NCBI GenBank assembly: GCA_023244895.1
Contig: JAHFLL010000001.1
Location: forward strand, 163-64,162
DNA from: Candidatus Liptonbacteria bacterium
GTDB lineage: Bacteria; Patescibacteriota; Minisyncoccia; UBA6257; 2-01-FULL-56-20
Direction: 5' to 3'
DNA: 64,000 nucleotides
Program-made: the position numbers and the translations under genes
In this document: in pieces, positions 1 through 9,545 of the stretch
How the letters are laid out: every line of letters begins with the position of its first letter
How positions within the stretch are numbered: position 1 is the first letter of the stretch
The notes under the pieces: model-generated
The model's database searches: none
Seen by the model: only the letters and a program-made list of their open reading frames with translations
Told to the model about the DNA's origin: nothing

Positions 1-127
1 AATTACAAGAGTAGACTCTTTTCGTTAATTATAACTTATTTAAGAGGCAATAGCTGTGGAGATCTCCCCGCTAAGCTACCTGTTTGGGCCACGACCCCTT
101 AACTCCCTAAGTCCTAATCACTAAATT

Positions 128-904
128 CTAAATCTCTAACCTGGCTACAGCGCAAATCTGTTCAATATCTAAGTTTTGAGGGCGCGCCTCCGGACTAAGG
201 TTTATTTTGGCTAATTTTTCAATCAGCTCGGTTTTGCTCAATCCGCTCTCGCGGTCAAATAAGTTATTGAGTATATTTTTGCGTGGCTGGCGGAATATTT
301 TTCGGACAGCTTCATAATAGGCTTCTGCGCGCAAAGGCGTCTCATCTCTGCGAGCTGTAATTGAAACTACGACTGAATCGACCTTGGGCGCGGGTCGGAA
401 GTCCTTACTCCCCAGGTGCATTATTATTTTTGGTTCTCCCCAAAACTGGACCGAAGCGGCCAGGCGATTCATGTGGGGCGGTTTCGCCGCCAGTCTCTCG
501 CCCACTTCTTTCTGAATCATGACTACTATCCGCTGCGGTTTATTTTTCAGCTCGGAGATGGTTCTAAAAAAATAACCACTAATATAGTAGGGCAGATTTC
601 CCACGATTTTATAATCTTTGATTTTTTCGGTAATAACCGGAAGCTCTTCAAGGGCGTCCCCTAAAATTATTTTGCTTTCTTTTAGCTCCGGTCTGGAATT
701 AAGCGACCTCGCTAATTCGGCGTCTTTTTCTATCATAATCAAATTGCCTTTAAGTCGGGATAATTGTTCGGCTAACGGCAAGGAGAGTTCCCCATGTCCT
801 GGACCTATCTCAATCACACAATCCTTCCCTTCCAGTTCTAGGGCGCGGATTATTTTTGGGGTCGCGTCTTTGCGGATTAGAAAATGTTGTCCCAGTTTAG
901 CCAT
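128..904 (-). CDS. rsmA: 16S rRNA (adenine1518/1519-N6)-dimethyltransferase RsmA/KsgA
   Basis: The 258-aa ORF starts MAKLGQHFL..., which is the KsgA N-terminal signature. It also has an SAM-binding EIGPGHGELS motif. Confidence 0.85.
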   Translation of the reverse strand: MAKLGQHFLIRKDATPKIIRALELEGKDCVIEIGPGHGELSLPLAEQLSRLKGNLIMIEKDAELARSLNSRPELKESKIILGDALEELPVITEKIKDYKIVGNLPYYISGYFFRTISELKNKPQRIVVMIQKEVGERLAAKPPHMNRLAASVQFWGEPKIIMHLGSKDFRPAPKVDSVVVSITARRDETPLRAEAYYEAVRKIFRQPRKNILNNLFDRESGLSKTELIEKLAKINLSPEARPQNLDIEQICAVARLEI

Positions 905-1045
905 GCGTTTAGTTTAAAATTCCAAGTTCCAAATAACAAATTTCAAGCAAATCTAAATGACAGAAAAACCTCTCCCGCGACCAATGTGCCTTATCCGCCA
1001 GTTTGTTTTTTGGTGCTTGGTCTTTGGTGCTTCTTGGTAGCTTCA

Positions 1046-2953
1046 CTACCAAGAGATGTATCTTTCTTCATTGTCTTCAAACTCTCCTTCCTGGTCTCTC
1101 TCCCCGCTCGCCGCCAGATTTTTATAAGCCATAAGCTCGGCGGGTATTTCTCCTAAGAAGCGGGAGGGCGCGTCATAGAAACTCAGGGATAGTTTGTGTT
1201 TGGCACGGGTCATAGCCACATACATCAGCCGGCGCTCTTCTTCTGTTTCTTCCGGCCCAATCGCCCGCGCGTGAGGCAGGAGTCCCTCGTTACAGCCTAC
1301 AATAAATACGGCATCAAACTCCAGCCCCTTGGCCATGTGTATGGTCATTAAATATACTGGGCGAGAGCTATCGGTCTTGTTTTGGGGTTTATCGGTAGAT
1401 TGGAGCAAGGTGACCTGCTCCAAGAATTCAGAAAGATTTTTAAATTCAGTAGCAAAACGTATCAGTTCCAGTATGTTCTCCTGTCTTTCTAGCGGGTTGG
1501 TAAGGTCTTGGACCATAAAGTTAATATAGTCAAAATGCTCTATGCAAAACTTGATGGTGTCCGCCGGGGAAAGTCCAGACTTGCTCCGCATGGCTTCGTC
1601 AAAAGCCGCCGTCCGGCGCTTGCCGAAATTCTTTTCCAAACGTTCCCGGCTGATACTATCCTGGGGATTAGCCAGAAAGCGTGCCGCGGCCAGTAGGTCT
1701 TTTATTTCCTTTCTCTCATAGAATTTTATTCCTCCAAAAACCAAGTAAGGAATATTGGCTCGGAGCAGTGCTTGTTCTATGGCGCGTGACTGAGCGTTGG
1801 TGCGGTAAAGAATCGCCACGCTCTCTTCTTGGCCGGATTCACCTTCCGTATTTTTACTTGCCCGTCCGGAGTCTGACGCGGGAGGGACTTTTAAATTTTG
1901 AATTTCATGGGTCACCCAGCCCGCCTCTTGTTCTTCGTCTAATGCTTCAATCAGTTTTATTTTTTCTCCATCCGGCAGAACCGCCCGCAGATTTTTTTGT
2001 TTTTGCTGGCGATTGTTTTTAATGAGCGACCCTGCGGCGTGCAAAATATTTCCCGCGGAGCGATAGTTCTGTTCCAAAATTACCGACTCCGCCATCGGCC
2101 AATCACGTTCAAAGTTCAAGAATATTTTAAAGTTGGATCCACGCCAACTATAAATTGTCTGTTGGTCGTCCCCCACCACGCTTAGGCGCGCGCCTTTACC
2201 CACTAAGTGCCGCAACATTTCGTACTGACTATTATTAATGTCCTGGTACTCATCCACTAATACGTGTGTGAATTGATTATGGTAATAATCTCTAGTCTCT
2301 GGATTAGTTATAAATAGACGGTTGGTTTGATAAATCAGGTCATCAAAATCAAAACCGTTATTGCGGGTTAGCTCTCGTTCGTATTCTTCAAAGACCAAAG
2401 GGACCGCCTTTTCCACGGCGCGGCTACTGGACTCTAATTCCGTCGGGTCAAGCTGGCCGTTTTTTATTTTAGAAATTTTTTCCGCGAACCAGGCCGGACC
2501 TTCTTTGTGAGGCAGATCCAAGCGCTTCAAAGTTTTCTTAAGTGCGTGAAAAGAATCGTTTTCGTCAAAAATCGCGAAGTCTGCCGTGCGCCCCACGCGG
2601 GCATGGTATCTGCGCAGTATGCGCGCTCCTAAAGAATGGAAGGTGCTGATGCGGGGACGCTCTTCCGGAGCTAGTTGACCCTCAAAATAGCCATGGACGC
2701 GCTCCAACATTTCGCGCGCGGCCTTGTTGGTAAAGGTTATGGCGCAGATATTCTCTCCGGGCACGCCCTGAGATATCAAATATACTATCCGGCTGGTCAA
2801 GGTTCGGGTTTTGCCCGTGCCCGCGCCTGCTACTATAAGGAGGGGCTTATCAATGGGGGCGTTTGCCGCCCGCGCCTGTTCCGGGTTGAGTCCGATGTTC
2901 TGAATTATATTTTGAGCTTGGCTTTGGTTGTGGTGCTTGAAGTTTTCGGTCAT
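1046..2953 (-). CDS. UvrD/PcrA/Rep-family ATP-dependent DNA helicase
   Basis: The 635-aa ORF has a Walker A motif GAGTGKTRTL and the N-terminal LNPEQ...A motif. A DEYQD Walker B/helicase motif and a C-terminal UvrD-like region are present. Confidence 0.85.
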   Translation of the reverse strand: MTENFKHHNQSQAQNIIQNIGLNPEQARAANAPIDKPLLIVAGAGTGKTRTLTSRIVYLISQGVPGENICAITFTNKAAREMLERVHGYFEGQLAPEERPRISTFHSLGARILRRYHARVGRTADFAIFDENDSFHALKKTLKRLDLPHKEGPAWFAEKISKIKNGQLDPTELESSSRAVEKAVPLVFEEYERELTRNNGFDFDDLIYQTNRLFITNPETRDYYHNQFTHVLVDEYQDINNSQYEMLRHLVGKGARLSVVGDDQQTIYSWRGSNFKIFLNFERDWPMAESVILEQNYRSAGNILHAAGSLIKNNRQQKQKNLRAVLPDGEKIKLIEALDEEQEAGWVTHEIQNLKVPPASDSGRASKNTEGESGQEESVAILYRTNAQSRAIEQALLRANIPYLVFGGIKFYERKEIKDLLAAARFLANPQDSISRERLEKNFGKRRTAAFDEAMRSKSGLSPADTIKFCIEHFDYINFMVQDLTNPLERQENILELIRFATEFKNLSEFLEQVTLLQSTDKPQNKTDSSRPVYLMTIHMAKGLEFDAVFIVGCNEGLLPHARAIGPEETEEERRLMYVAMTRAKHKLSLSFYDAPSRFLGEIPAELMAYKNLAASGERDQEGEFEDNEERYISW

Positions 2954-3010
2954 TTGTTATAGCTTTATACCATTAGTACGCTTTCGGCTCAAATTAAAAG
3001 GAACTTCCAA

Positions 3011-4003
3011 TTGCCCCTAGGAACGGCGATTTTTTTCGTTTTAGCCTTATTTCTATTAAATCTAGCAATTCCGGCCCTTCCCGCCCACTCCGGCGAGCGT
3101 GGAGTTATGGGTGGCCCGGCTGATTTTGGTGGGATACCCCCTGTTTTGTCCTCAAATGGAGAGAAAAACGGGTTTTTAGAGGGTCGTCCCGGAGTGGAGC
3201 CTGCCCCCGTCCCAGGCATAGATAAGGCCTTTATTGCCACGGAAAGCATGAAAAACCAGGGCGGTCTCTATGGTACCCCGGATCTAGTGAGCTACTCTTC
3301 GGGGGTGGGCGGAGTTATCTCGTATTCCGTAAAAAGCGGAGACACTCCGGCTACTATTGCCGCCTCTTACGGCTTAACCACTCAAACCCTTATCGCCACC
3401 AACCCTGCCCTAAAGAAGAAGTCTCTCAAGTCCGGTCAGCTTGTCCAAATATTGCCCGTTTCCGGGGTCTTGCATAAGGTTGCCGATGGCGAGACGTTAG
3501 TCTCTATCGCCCAACTATATAATGTATCTAAAGATAATGTGCGCGAATTTAACTCCGGGATTGAATTGGATAATCTATTGGCCGGCACCAGTTTGGTAAT
3601 CCCCGGCGCGTCTGTAACCAAATCTTCTCCCGAGGGCGAGGCGAATAATACCAGGGGATATTTTCGTTTACCGGCGGAAGGAGTGAACTGGGGCATTCTT
3701 CATAATAAAAACGCGGTAGACATCGCGAACGTTTGTGGCACACCAATTTTTGCCTCGGCGGAAGGATTAGTAGTTGCTGCCGATTCCGTTGGTTGGAATA
3801 ATGGTTACGGCTCTTTTGTGACAATTGAACATCCTATTGGAACCAAAACCAAATATGCTCACTTGGAAAGGGTGGGCGTGGAAGTCGGTAATTATGTTAA
3901 ACAGGGCGACGTAATTGGAGATATGGGCCAGACCGGAGATGCGACCGGTTGTCATATCCATTTTGAAGTAGAGGGAGCCAAGAATCCGTTTGTGAAGCAA
4001 TAG
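3011..4003 (+). CDS. LysM-repeat peptidoglycan DD-metalloendopeptidase (M23 family)
   Basis: There are two LysM-like repeats (GDTPATIAASYGLTT..., GETLVSIAQLYNVS...). The C-terminal M23 motifs (GTKTKYAHL, GDATGCHIHFE) and an N-terminal hydrophobic anchor are present. The annotated start at 3011 is TTG; an internal ATG start is possible. Confidence 0.7.
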   Translation: MPLGTAIFFVLALFLLNLAIPALPAHSGERGVMGGPADFGGIPPVLSSNGEKNGFLEGRPGVEPAPVPGIDKAFIATESMKNQGGLYGTPDLVSYSSGVGGVISYSVKSGDTPATIAASYGLTTQTLIATNPALKKKSLKSGQLVQILPVSGVLHKVADGETLVSIAQLYNVSKDNVREFNSGIELDNLLAGTSLVIPGASVTKSSPEGEANNTRGYFRLPAEGVNWGILHNKNAVDIANVCGTPIFASAEGLVVAADSVGWNNGYGSFVTIEHPIGTKTKYAHLERVGVEVGNYVKQGDVIGDMGQTGDATGCHIHFEVEGAKNPFVKQ

Positions 4004-4063
4004 CGACCCGAGCTATCCGAATCGCATGCGAATGCTCCGAATGGCGTATAACCAATTCGTTTT

Positions 4064-5281
4064 TTAGGGTAGGTTGAAGCTCTTTAGAATCGCGTCGCTT
4101 GCAACCGAAAAAGATTCAGTCCTGTTTTGCTGAGAGTTGTTACTGGAATACGAAGCTACTAGACCCACGATGTATCCCCTCCAGAAAAGAGGCGAACCGG
4201 AACGTCCGCGATATATTTCCATATTGGTCGCGATAACGAGTGGTGTGCTCGCATAGTAAACGTCTCCCACATAAACCTCCTTAACGTTTCCTAAGCTACC
4301 CGAGAGGTACATAGTGGAGAAAGAATCGTTGCGCGCCGCGCCAATATCTCCCGGGAAGCCAAAGGTAATAACCTGCTGGCCGGGTGGCATAACTCCGTTG
4401 ATGGGAATAATTTTCGCGTATGGGAACGAGGCGGGCACGCTACTGTATCCGAAGGTAGGACCATCCGCCGAGACACCGTTTATTTTGAGCAGAGCGAAGT
4501 CCGCGTATTGTTTTTCCAGGTCCGACAATCCCACGCTGAGAGAAATTTTTTCCACGCTCGCGGTGTAGGGCAAGACCGTAACCATCACCAAGGGATTAAC
4601 CGCGCGTATCTCATCCGGCGTAGGCAGGGTGGTGTTGGGCGGTACCACGCCTACCAGGCACTGTTTCAGGGAATAGGTAAAATTTCCGGACACATTACTT
4701 CCGTCTATGATCGTGCTTTGTATTCCACCCTCTTTTTTAACAACGTGCCGATTGGTTAATATTTTGCCATCCGCGGAAACAATCACGCCCGAGCCCTTGG
4801 ATTCCACCTCTCCTTGCGCGATAAGTTTGTCCGAAACCTGGTCCTTAATTGTGAGATCGAATTTGCATAATAACCCAACCACAGTTTGATGATTAATGGC
4901 AATTTCGGGAGGTAGTTTGGGAGTAGCATTCTCGGGAGTGCTGGTAGGGCTCACCAATTTATTTTCCGGTAAAACGGGAACCTCTATTTTCTCCGGGACA
5001 ACTATTTTGGGCGGGGCTTGTTTGGCGGTAGTTGTAGCGGGAATATTATTTACGGGGGCGCTAGGTGTGCTAGTGGTAGTGCTGGTGAAAATAGGTTTTT
5101 CCACCTCGCTTCCCCTCTCCTCTTCCGTGGTTGTACTCGCGTTGTTTTGTGCGACCACTTCAGTTTGTTGCGCGGGCGCACTCTCAATTGGGATCTTTTT
5201 CTGAATTATTAAAACATAGCCCAACGCGACCACAATTGCGCCAGCTAGTAGAAAAGAAATTATTTTTTCCCAGATAAGCAT
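4064..5281 (-). CDS. membrane-anchored trypsin-like (S1/HtrA-like) serine protease
   Basis: The protein has an N-terminal TM helix, a Thr/Ser/Pro-rich linker, GSGVIVSADGKILTNRHVV (His region) and GRSGSPLF (Ser nucleophile region). Confidence 0.7.
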   Translation of the reverse strand: MLIWEKIISFLLAGAIVVALGYVLIIQKKIPIESAPAQQTEVVAQNNASTTTEEERGSEVEKPIFTSTTTSTPSAPVNNIPATTTAKQAPPKIVVPEKIEVPVLPENKLVSPTSTPENATPKLPPEIAINHQTVVGLLCKFDLTIKDQVSDKLIAQGEVESKGSGVIVSADGKILTNRHVVKKEGGIQSTIIDGSNVSGNFTYSLKQCLVGVVPPNTTLPTPDEIRAVNPLVMVTVLPYTASVEKISLSVGLSDLEKQYADFALLKINGVSADGPTFGYSSVPASFPYAKIIPINGVMPPGQQVITFGFPGDIGAARNDSFSTMYLSGSLGNVKEVYVGDVYYASTPLVIATNMEIYRGRSGSPLFWRGYIVGLVASYSSNNSQQNRTESFSVASDAILKSFNLP

Positions 5282-5357
5282 AACCTCTCCATTATAGCGG
5301 AAATAATAAGGTCGGGAGTATCATTGCTAAAACGCTCACTAGTGTTAATCTTTTTGT

Positions 5358-7127
5358 ATGAATAGCCAGAGTAAGCAGTGTCAGAATTGTAAATCCGATT
5401 TTACTATTGAATCCGAGGACTTTGCATTTTACGAGCGCATAAAGGTCCCCCCTCCGACCTTCTGTCCGGATTGTCGCCGGCAACGGCGCATGGCATGGCG
5501 TAACGAGAGGTCAATTTATCGCGCAAGTTGTTGTTTGTGCGGAAAAGCGATACTGACAATGTATCCCGAAGAATCGGGCGTGCAGTCTACCTGCCGGGAA
5601 TGTTGGTGGTCCGACTCCTGGGACCCCTTAAGTTATGGCGCGGACTATAATCCGGATAAAACTTTTTTCGCGCAGTTTTCTGAACTTGCCAAAAGGGCGC
5701 CGAGCCTGGCGCTATCCAATGTTGATTGCGTGGACAGCGACTACAGTAATTTCACCGCCTATAATAAAAATTGCTACCTGGTGTTCGGTAGCGGTTTTAA
5801 TGAGAACGTTCGGTATAGTAGGGCCTTGCGGTGCAGGGACTCCCAGGACTTGTTCGTGGGTAACAGCTGTGAGCTGTGTTACGAGTGTACGAATTGCTCC
5901 GATTCATACCGCCTGCTTTTTAGCTACAATTCCGAGAATTGTTCCGATTCCTATTTCTTATATAACTGCAGAAATTGTTCAAATTGTCTGGGCTGCATTA
6001 ATTTAGTCGATAAGTCCTATTGTATTTTCAATCAGCAATATAGCAAAGAAGAATATTCAAAAAAGATTGCGGAGTTGGAGCTCGGCAAATATTCGAGCCT
6101 GTTGAATCTGGAGGATAAGATTAAAAAAGAAGTGGTTTTAAAAGGGATACATAAATTCGCGAATATAGTGGCTTCTTCCCAGACAACCGGGGACAACATA
6201 AGGAATTCCCAAAATTGTCATTTCTGCTTCGATACTCTGGAAGATGTGCAAAATTGCAAATACTTGTATTACTGTACCGAACTTAAAGATTCTTATGATG
6301 GGATAGGTCAGTATAGGATGGAATTAGGGTACGAGAACGTGGACTGCAATGTAAGTAGCTCCGTCTTGGGTGGAATAACCATATACGACTCCAATAACAT
6401 TAGGTATTCCAAGAACTGCCACAACTGCAGTAATCTATTCGGTTGCGTTAACTTACGTAAAAAACAGTATTGTATTTTAAACAAGCAATATTCCAAAGAA
6501 GAATATGAACGGTTGATTTCTGAAATAATCGGGCAGATGAACTCCAATCCGTATTTGGATTCGAAAGGAAGAAAGCACGCTTATGGAGATTTCTATCCTA
6601 TTGAGCTGTCGCCATTTCCCTATAACCAAACCATAGCCCAGGAATACGCATTTCTGGATAAGGGTCTCGCATTAACCAATGGATACAAGTGGGAAGAACA
6701 TAACGATAAAAACTACGAGACAGATCTAACCTCCCTGGACTTACCGGATACCATAGCGGACGTTTCCGATAAGATTCTAAACCAGGTAATACAATGCGAG
6801 CATCTAGGGACCTGTGGTGAGCAATGCACTACCGCTTTTAAGATAATACCAGGGGAACTTCAGTTTTATAGAAAAATGAACTTACCCCTTCCTCGACTTT
6901 GTCACAATTGCCGCCACTACAAGAGGTTGAGGCAGCGTAATCCTCTTAAGCTCTGGTCTCGCAAGTGCCAGTGCGCAGGCCAAAAATCGGAGAATGGAAT
7001 TTATCAAAACACCATTGCTCACCCCCATGGCACGGATCGCTGCTCCAACGAATTCCAAACTTCTTATTCTCCCGACCGTCCGGAGATTGTGTATTGTGAA
7101 AATTGTTATCAAGCAGAAATCGTTTAG
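5358..7127 (+). CDS. cysteine-rich tandem-repeat protein (about 55 Cys; CxxC/NCxNC modules), function unknown
   Basis: The 589-aa ORF is divergent from the protease gene. It has an internal duplication in which both halves end ...NCxNCSNLxGCxNLxxKxYCIxNxQYSKEEY. The N- and C-terminal zinc-ribbon-like CxxC...CxxC segments mirror each other. There is no signal peptide. Confidence 0.65.
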   Translation: MNSQSKQCQNCKSDFTIESEDFAFYERIKVPPPTFCPDCRRQRRMAWRNERSIYRASCCLCGKAILTMYPEESGVQSTCRECWWSDSWDPLSYGADYNPDKTFFAQFSELAKRAPSLALSNVDCVDSDYSNFTAYNKNCYLVFGSGFNENVRYSRALRCRDSQDLFVGNSCELCYECTNCSDSYRLLFSYNSENCSDSYFLYNCRNCSNCLGCINLVDKSYCIFNQQYSKEEYSKKIAELELGKYSSLLNLEDKIKKEVVLKGIHKFANIVASSQTTGDNIRNSQNCHFCFDTLEDVQNCKYLYYCTELKDSYDGIGQYRMELGYENVDCNVSSSVLGGITIYDSNNIRYSKNCHNCSNLFGCVNLRKKQYCILNKQYSKEEYERLISEIIGQMNSNPYLDSKGRKHAYGDFYPIELSPFPYNQTIAQEYAFLDKGLALTNGYKWEEHNDKNYETDLTSLDLPDTIADVSDKILNQVIQCEHLGTCGEQCTTAFKIIPGELQFYRKMNLPLPRLCHNCRHYKRLRQRNPLKLWSRKCQCAGQKSENGIYQNTIAHPHGTDRCSNEFQTSYSPDRPEIVYCENCYQAEIV

Positions 7128-7191
7128 TAAAAATATTCCGAGCCGTTAGTCCCTATTATTTTGCTTTCCACATTTTCTACCTTCCACCCGA

Positions 7192-8721
7192 TTATTCTTC
7201 TCGTAAACGATAACTAAACGCTTCTGCCAAGTGTCCCGCGGAGACTTTTTCTTTTTCTTCCAGGTCCGCGATGGTTTGCGCAGTTTTGAGTAAGCGATAA
7301 TATCCGCGCGGAGATAATTTCGCCTTAGCTAGATTATCCATAAACTTCTGCGCTTCTAATTCTAATTCGATTAATTCTTCGGCCTGGCGGGAACTCATTT
7401 CGGAGTTGGTGGAAATTTTTAATCCCTTTTTGTTAAACCTCTCGCGTTGTTTAGAGCGCGCCTTCTCCACTTTGTCTTTTATCCCCGGACTGGTTTTTTG
7501 CTCCTCCGGCTTTTTGCGTAGCTCATCGTATTCCACCCGCAGAACTTTAAGCTGTAAATCAATTCTATCCATAAGGGGCCCCGAAATCTTTTTCTGATAA
7601 CGCACTACTTCATACGCGGAACACTTGCACTCTTTTTCCGGGTCGTTGTAGTAGCCACAGGGACAGGGATTCATAGCGGTTATAAGTGAAAATTTGGCGG
7701 GCAGAATTAGTGTGCCCTTGGCGCGCGCGATATGTACTAGCCCGCTCTCCAATGGCTGTCTTAGAGATTCTAAAATATTTTTTGGAAACTCCGGCAGTTC
7801 GTCTAGAAACAGAACTCCCCTATGAGCCAAGCTTATCTCGCCCGGACGCGGCACATTGCCTCCACCCACGACAGATATTAAAGACGCGGTCTGGTGCGGC
7901 GCGCGGAATGGTCGTTCATTAATTAGTCCGCCGGGATTAAGTCCCGCGGCACTATATATTTTCGTAACCTCAATCGCCTCTTCTCGGTCCGGTGCGGGCA
8001 GTATGCCGATTAAGGCTTGTGCCAGCAGGCTTTTACCGACTCCGGGCGGCCCCACCATAATCAGATTGTGCCCGCCCGCCGCCGCGATGATGAGCGCGCG
8101 CTTAGCGTGCTCCTGCCCTTTAATCTCCGAAAAGTCCGGCGCGCCCCTGCTCTCTCCCATGGCCTGCGAGAACACGGCAGGCTCCATTCTAATTCTCCCT
8201 TCTAATTCGCTCATTATCTCGGCCAAATCTTTCACTCCAAAGATTTCTACCCCCTCCACTACTGCCGCCTCGTTCGCGTTTTCTACCGGCAGATAAATTT
8301 TTTTGAAACCGGAGTTCTTCGCCATCTGCGCAATGCTTAAAACTCCGTTTACGGGTCGCAATCTGCCGTCCAAAGATAACTCGCCTAAAAATATTTTGTC
8401 TTTAGTTTCAAATTCCGAGATTTGTTTGGTGACCAAGAGATATGCCACAGCAATCGCGAGGTCATATTGCGAGCCGGTCTTTTTCACGTCCGCGGGCGCG
8501 AGATTGACCGTTATCTTTCTATTCTCGCGAGTCGGTGGTTTTACGCCCGCGTTCTTGAGCGCGGAGTTCACTCTTTCCTTCGCTTCATTCAAAGCCTTAT
8601 CCGCGAGTCCAACTATATTAAAAGAATGAAGGCCGACGTTTAAGTCGACCTCCACCTCAATCGGTCTCGCATGAATTCCTTCCAGTTCCGCGGAATAAAC
8701 TCTAGCGATCGTCTTGGACAT
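7192..8721 (-). CDS. comM: YifB/ComM family Mg-chelatase-like AAA+ ATPase
   Basis: The 509-aa ORF starts MSKTIARVYSAELEGIHARPIEVEVDL.... The central AAA+ Walker A is GPPGVGKS, and a C-terminal ChlI-like region is present. Confidence 0.85.
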   Translation of the reverse strand: MSKTIARVYSAELEGIHARPIEVEVDLNVGLHSFNIVGLADKALNEAKERVNSALKNAGVKPPTRENRKITVNLAPADVKKTGSQYDLAIAVAYLLVTKQISEFETKDKIFLGELSLDGRLRPVNGVLSIAQMAKNSGFKKIYLPVENANEAAVVEGVEIFGVKDLAEIMSELEGRIRMEPAVFSQAMGESRGAPDFSEIKGQEHAKRALIIAAAGGHNLIMVGPPGVGKSLLAQALIGILPAPDREEAIEVTKIYSAAGLNPGGLINERPFRAPHQTASLISVVGGGNVPRPGEISLAHRGVLFLDELPEFPKNILESLRQPLESGLVHIARAKGTLILPAKFSLITAMNPCPCGYYNDPEKECKCSAYEVVRYQKKISGPLMDRIDLQLKVLRVEYDELRKKPEEQKTSPGIKDKVEKARSKQRERFNKKGLKISTNSEMSSRQAEELIELELEAQKFMDNLAKAKLSPRGYYRLLKTAQTIADLEEKEKVSAGHLAEAFSYRLREE

Positions 8722-8734
8722 TTTATTCTCGCGA

Positions 8735-9067
8735 TTACTCTTTCTGCTTGCAGTTCTCGCACAATCTTGTTTCCGGTACCAGGTCTAATTCCCTTTCGGA
8801 TATCTGCCCTTGGCAGAATTCGCATTTGCCGTAATCCCCTACCAATATTTTAGCCAAAGCGGAATCTATGTCCGCGATGCGATCACGATAGGTGTGCGCA
8901 ACCGCGAGCTCATTAGAAAGATTCTCCGTCTCGTCCTGTTCTTCGGAATTGTCTTCCGTGTCATTGCCATAGTCGTCTCCTTTCTCATCTCCCTTCACCA
9001 TATCCAACAATTTAGCTCGCTCCGCTTCTAATTCTTCTTTATATGAATTTATCTTTTGCGCGTCCAT
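8735..9067 (-). CDS. DksA/TraR-family C4 zinc-finger protein
   Basis: The 110-aa protein has an N-terminal coiled coil. Its C-terminal CEFCQGQISERELDLVPETRLCENC matches the DksA/TraR Cx2C-x17-Cx2C finger. Confidence 0.7.
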   Translation of the reverse strand: MDAQKINSYKEELEAERAKLLDMVKGDEKGDDYGNDTEDNSEEQDETENLSNELAVAHTYRDRIADIDSALAKILVGDYGKCEFCQGQISERELDLVPETRLCENCKQKE

Positions 9068-9368
9068 AAATATTTATTATTGTATTTTTATTTATTAAAC
9101 CTCTATCGGAAAGCCTTGAAGTATTACCGAAGGATTTACTTAAGATTAAATGGTCTAGCAGGGTGGGTCAAGACGCGTAGCTGGAAATATGGAAATAAGC
9201 CGCCAAACAAAGGAGACCTCATAATTAATAGTATTCCGCTGTTGATAATTTTCCGTGCGATCAGCGAGACCATTTAATCTCTAATGGAAAAAGGCGGGAG
9301 TATGGGCTCAAAACCAACCAACTACTCCCCACAGAGGTCAAAATTCATAAAATAGGCTGCTTGGCGAC

Positions 9369-9441
9369 TTATCCCCATTCGGCAATTCGGCAAACGGGAC
9401 AACTGTGGATAACTTGTTGGATAACCCGGCAGTTATCCCCA
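9369..9441. promoter_or_regulatory. cluster of four DnaA-box-like 9-mers (TTATCCCCA x2, TGTGGATAA perfect, TTGGATAAC)
   Basis: I read these directly at 9369-9377, 9404-9412, 9417-9425 and 9433-9441. They sit inside an 860-bp ORF-free divergent intergenic region that also holds several ATTCGGCAAT/ATTGCCGAAT palindromes and an AT-rich stretch. Confidence 0.35.
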
Positions 9442-9545
9442 TGATTCGGCAATGCTATTCGGCAATTGCCGAATTAGACCATATAGAACTTGGCGATTGC
9501 CGAATTAGGCTAAAAACCCGGCAATTTATATATTTTGCCGGATTC

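Noticed and set aside
416-917. Small ORFs antisense to or overlapping rsmA and other housekeeping genes (for example 416..664+, 618..917+, 1329..2185+ series, 29286..29870+ inside ftsH, 31701..34184+ series inside the giant gene)
   Set aside because: They are fully embedded on the opposite strand of long, well-conserved genes. They have no RBS and no recognisable motifs, so they are ordinary antisense open frames.
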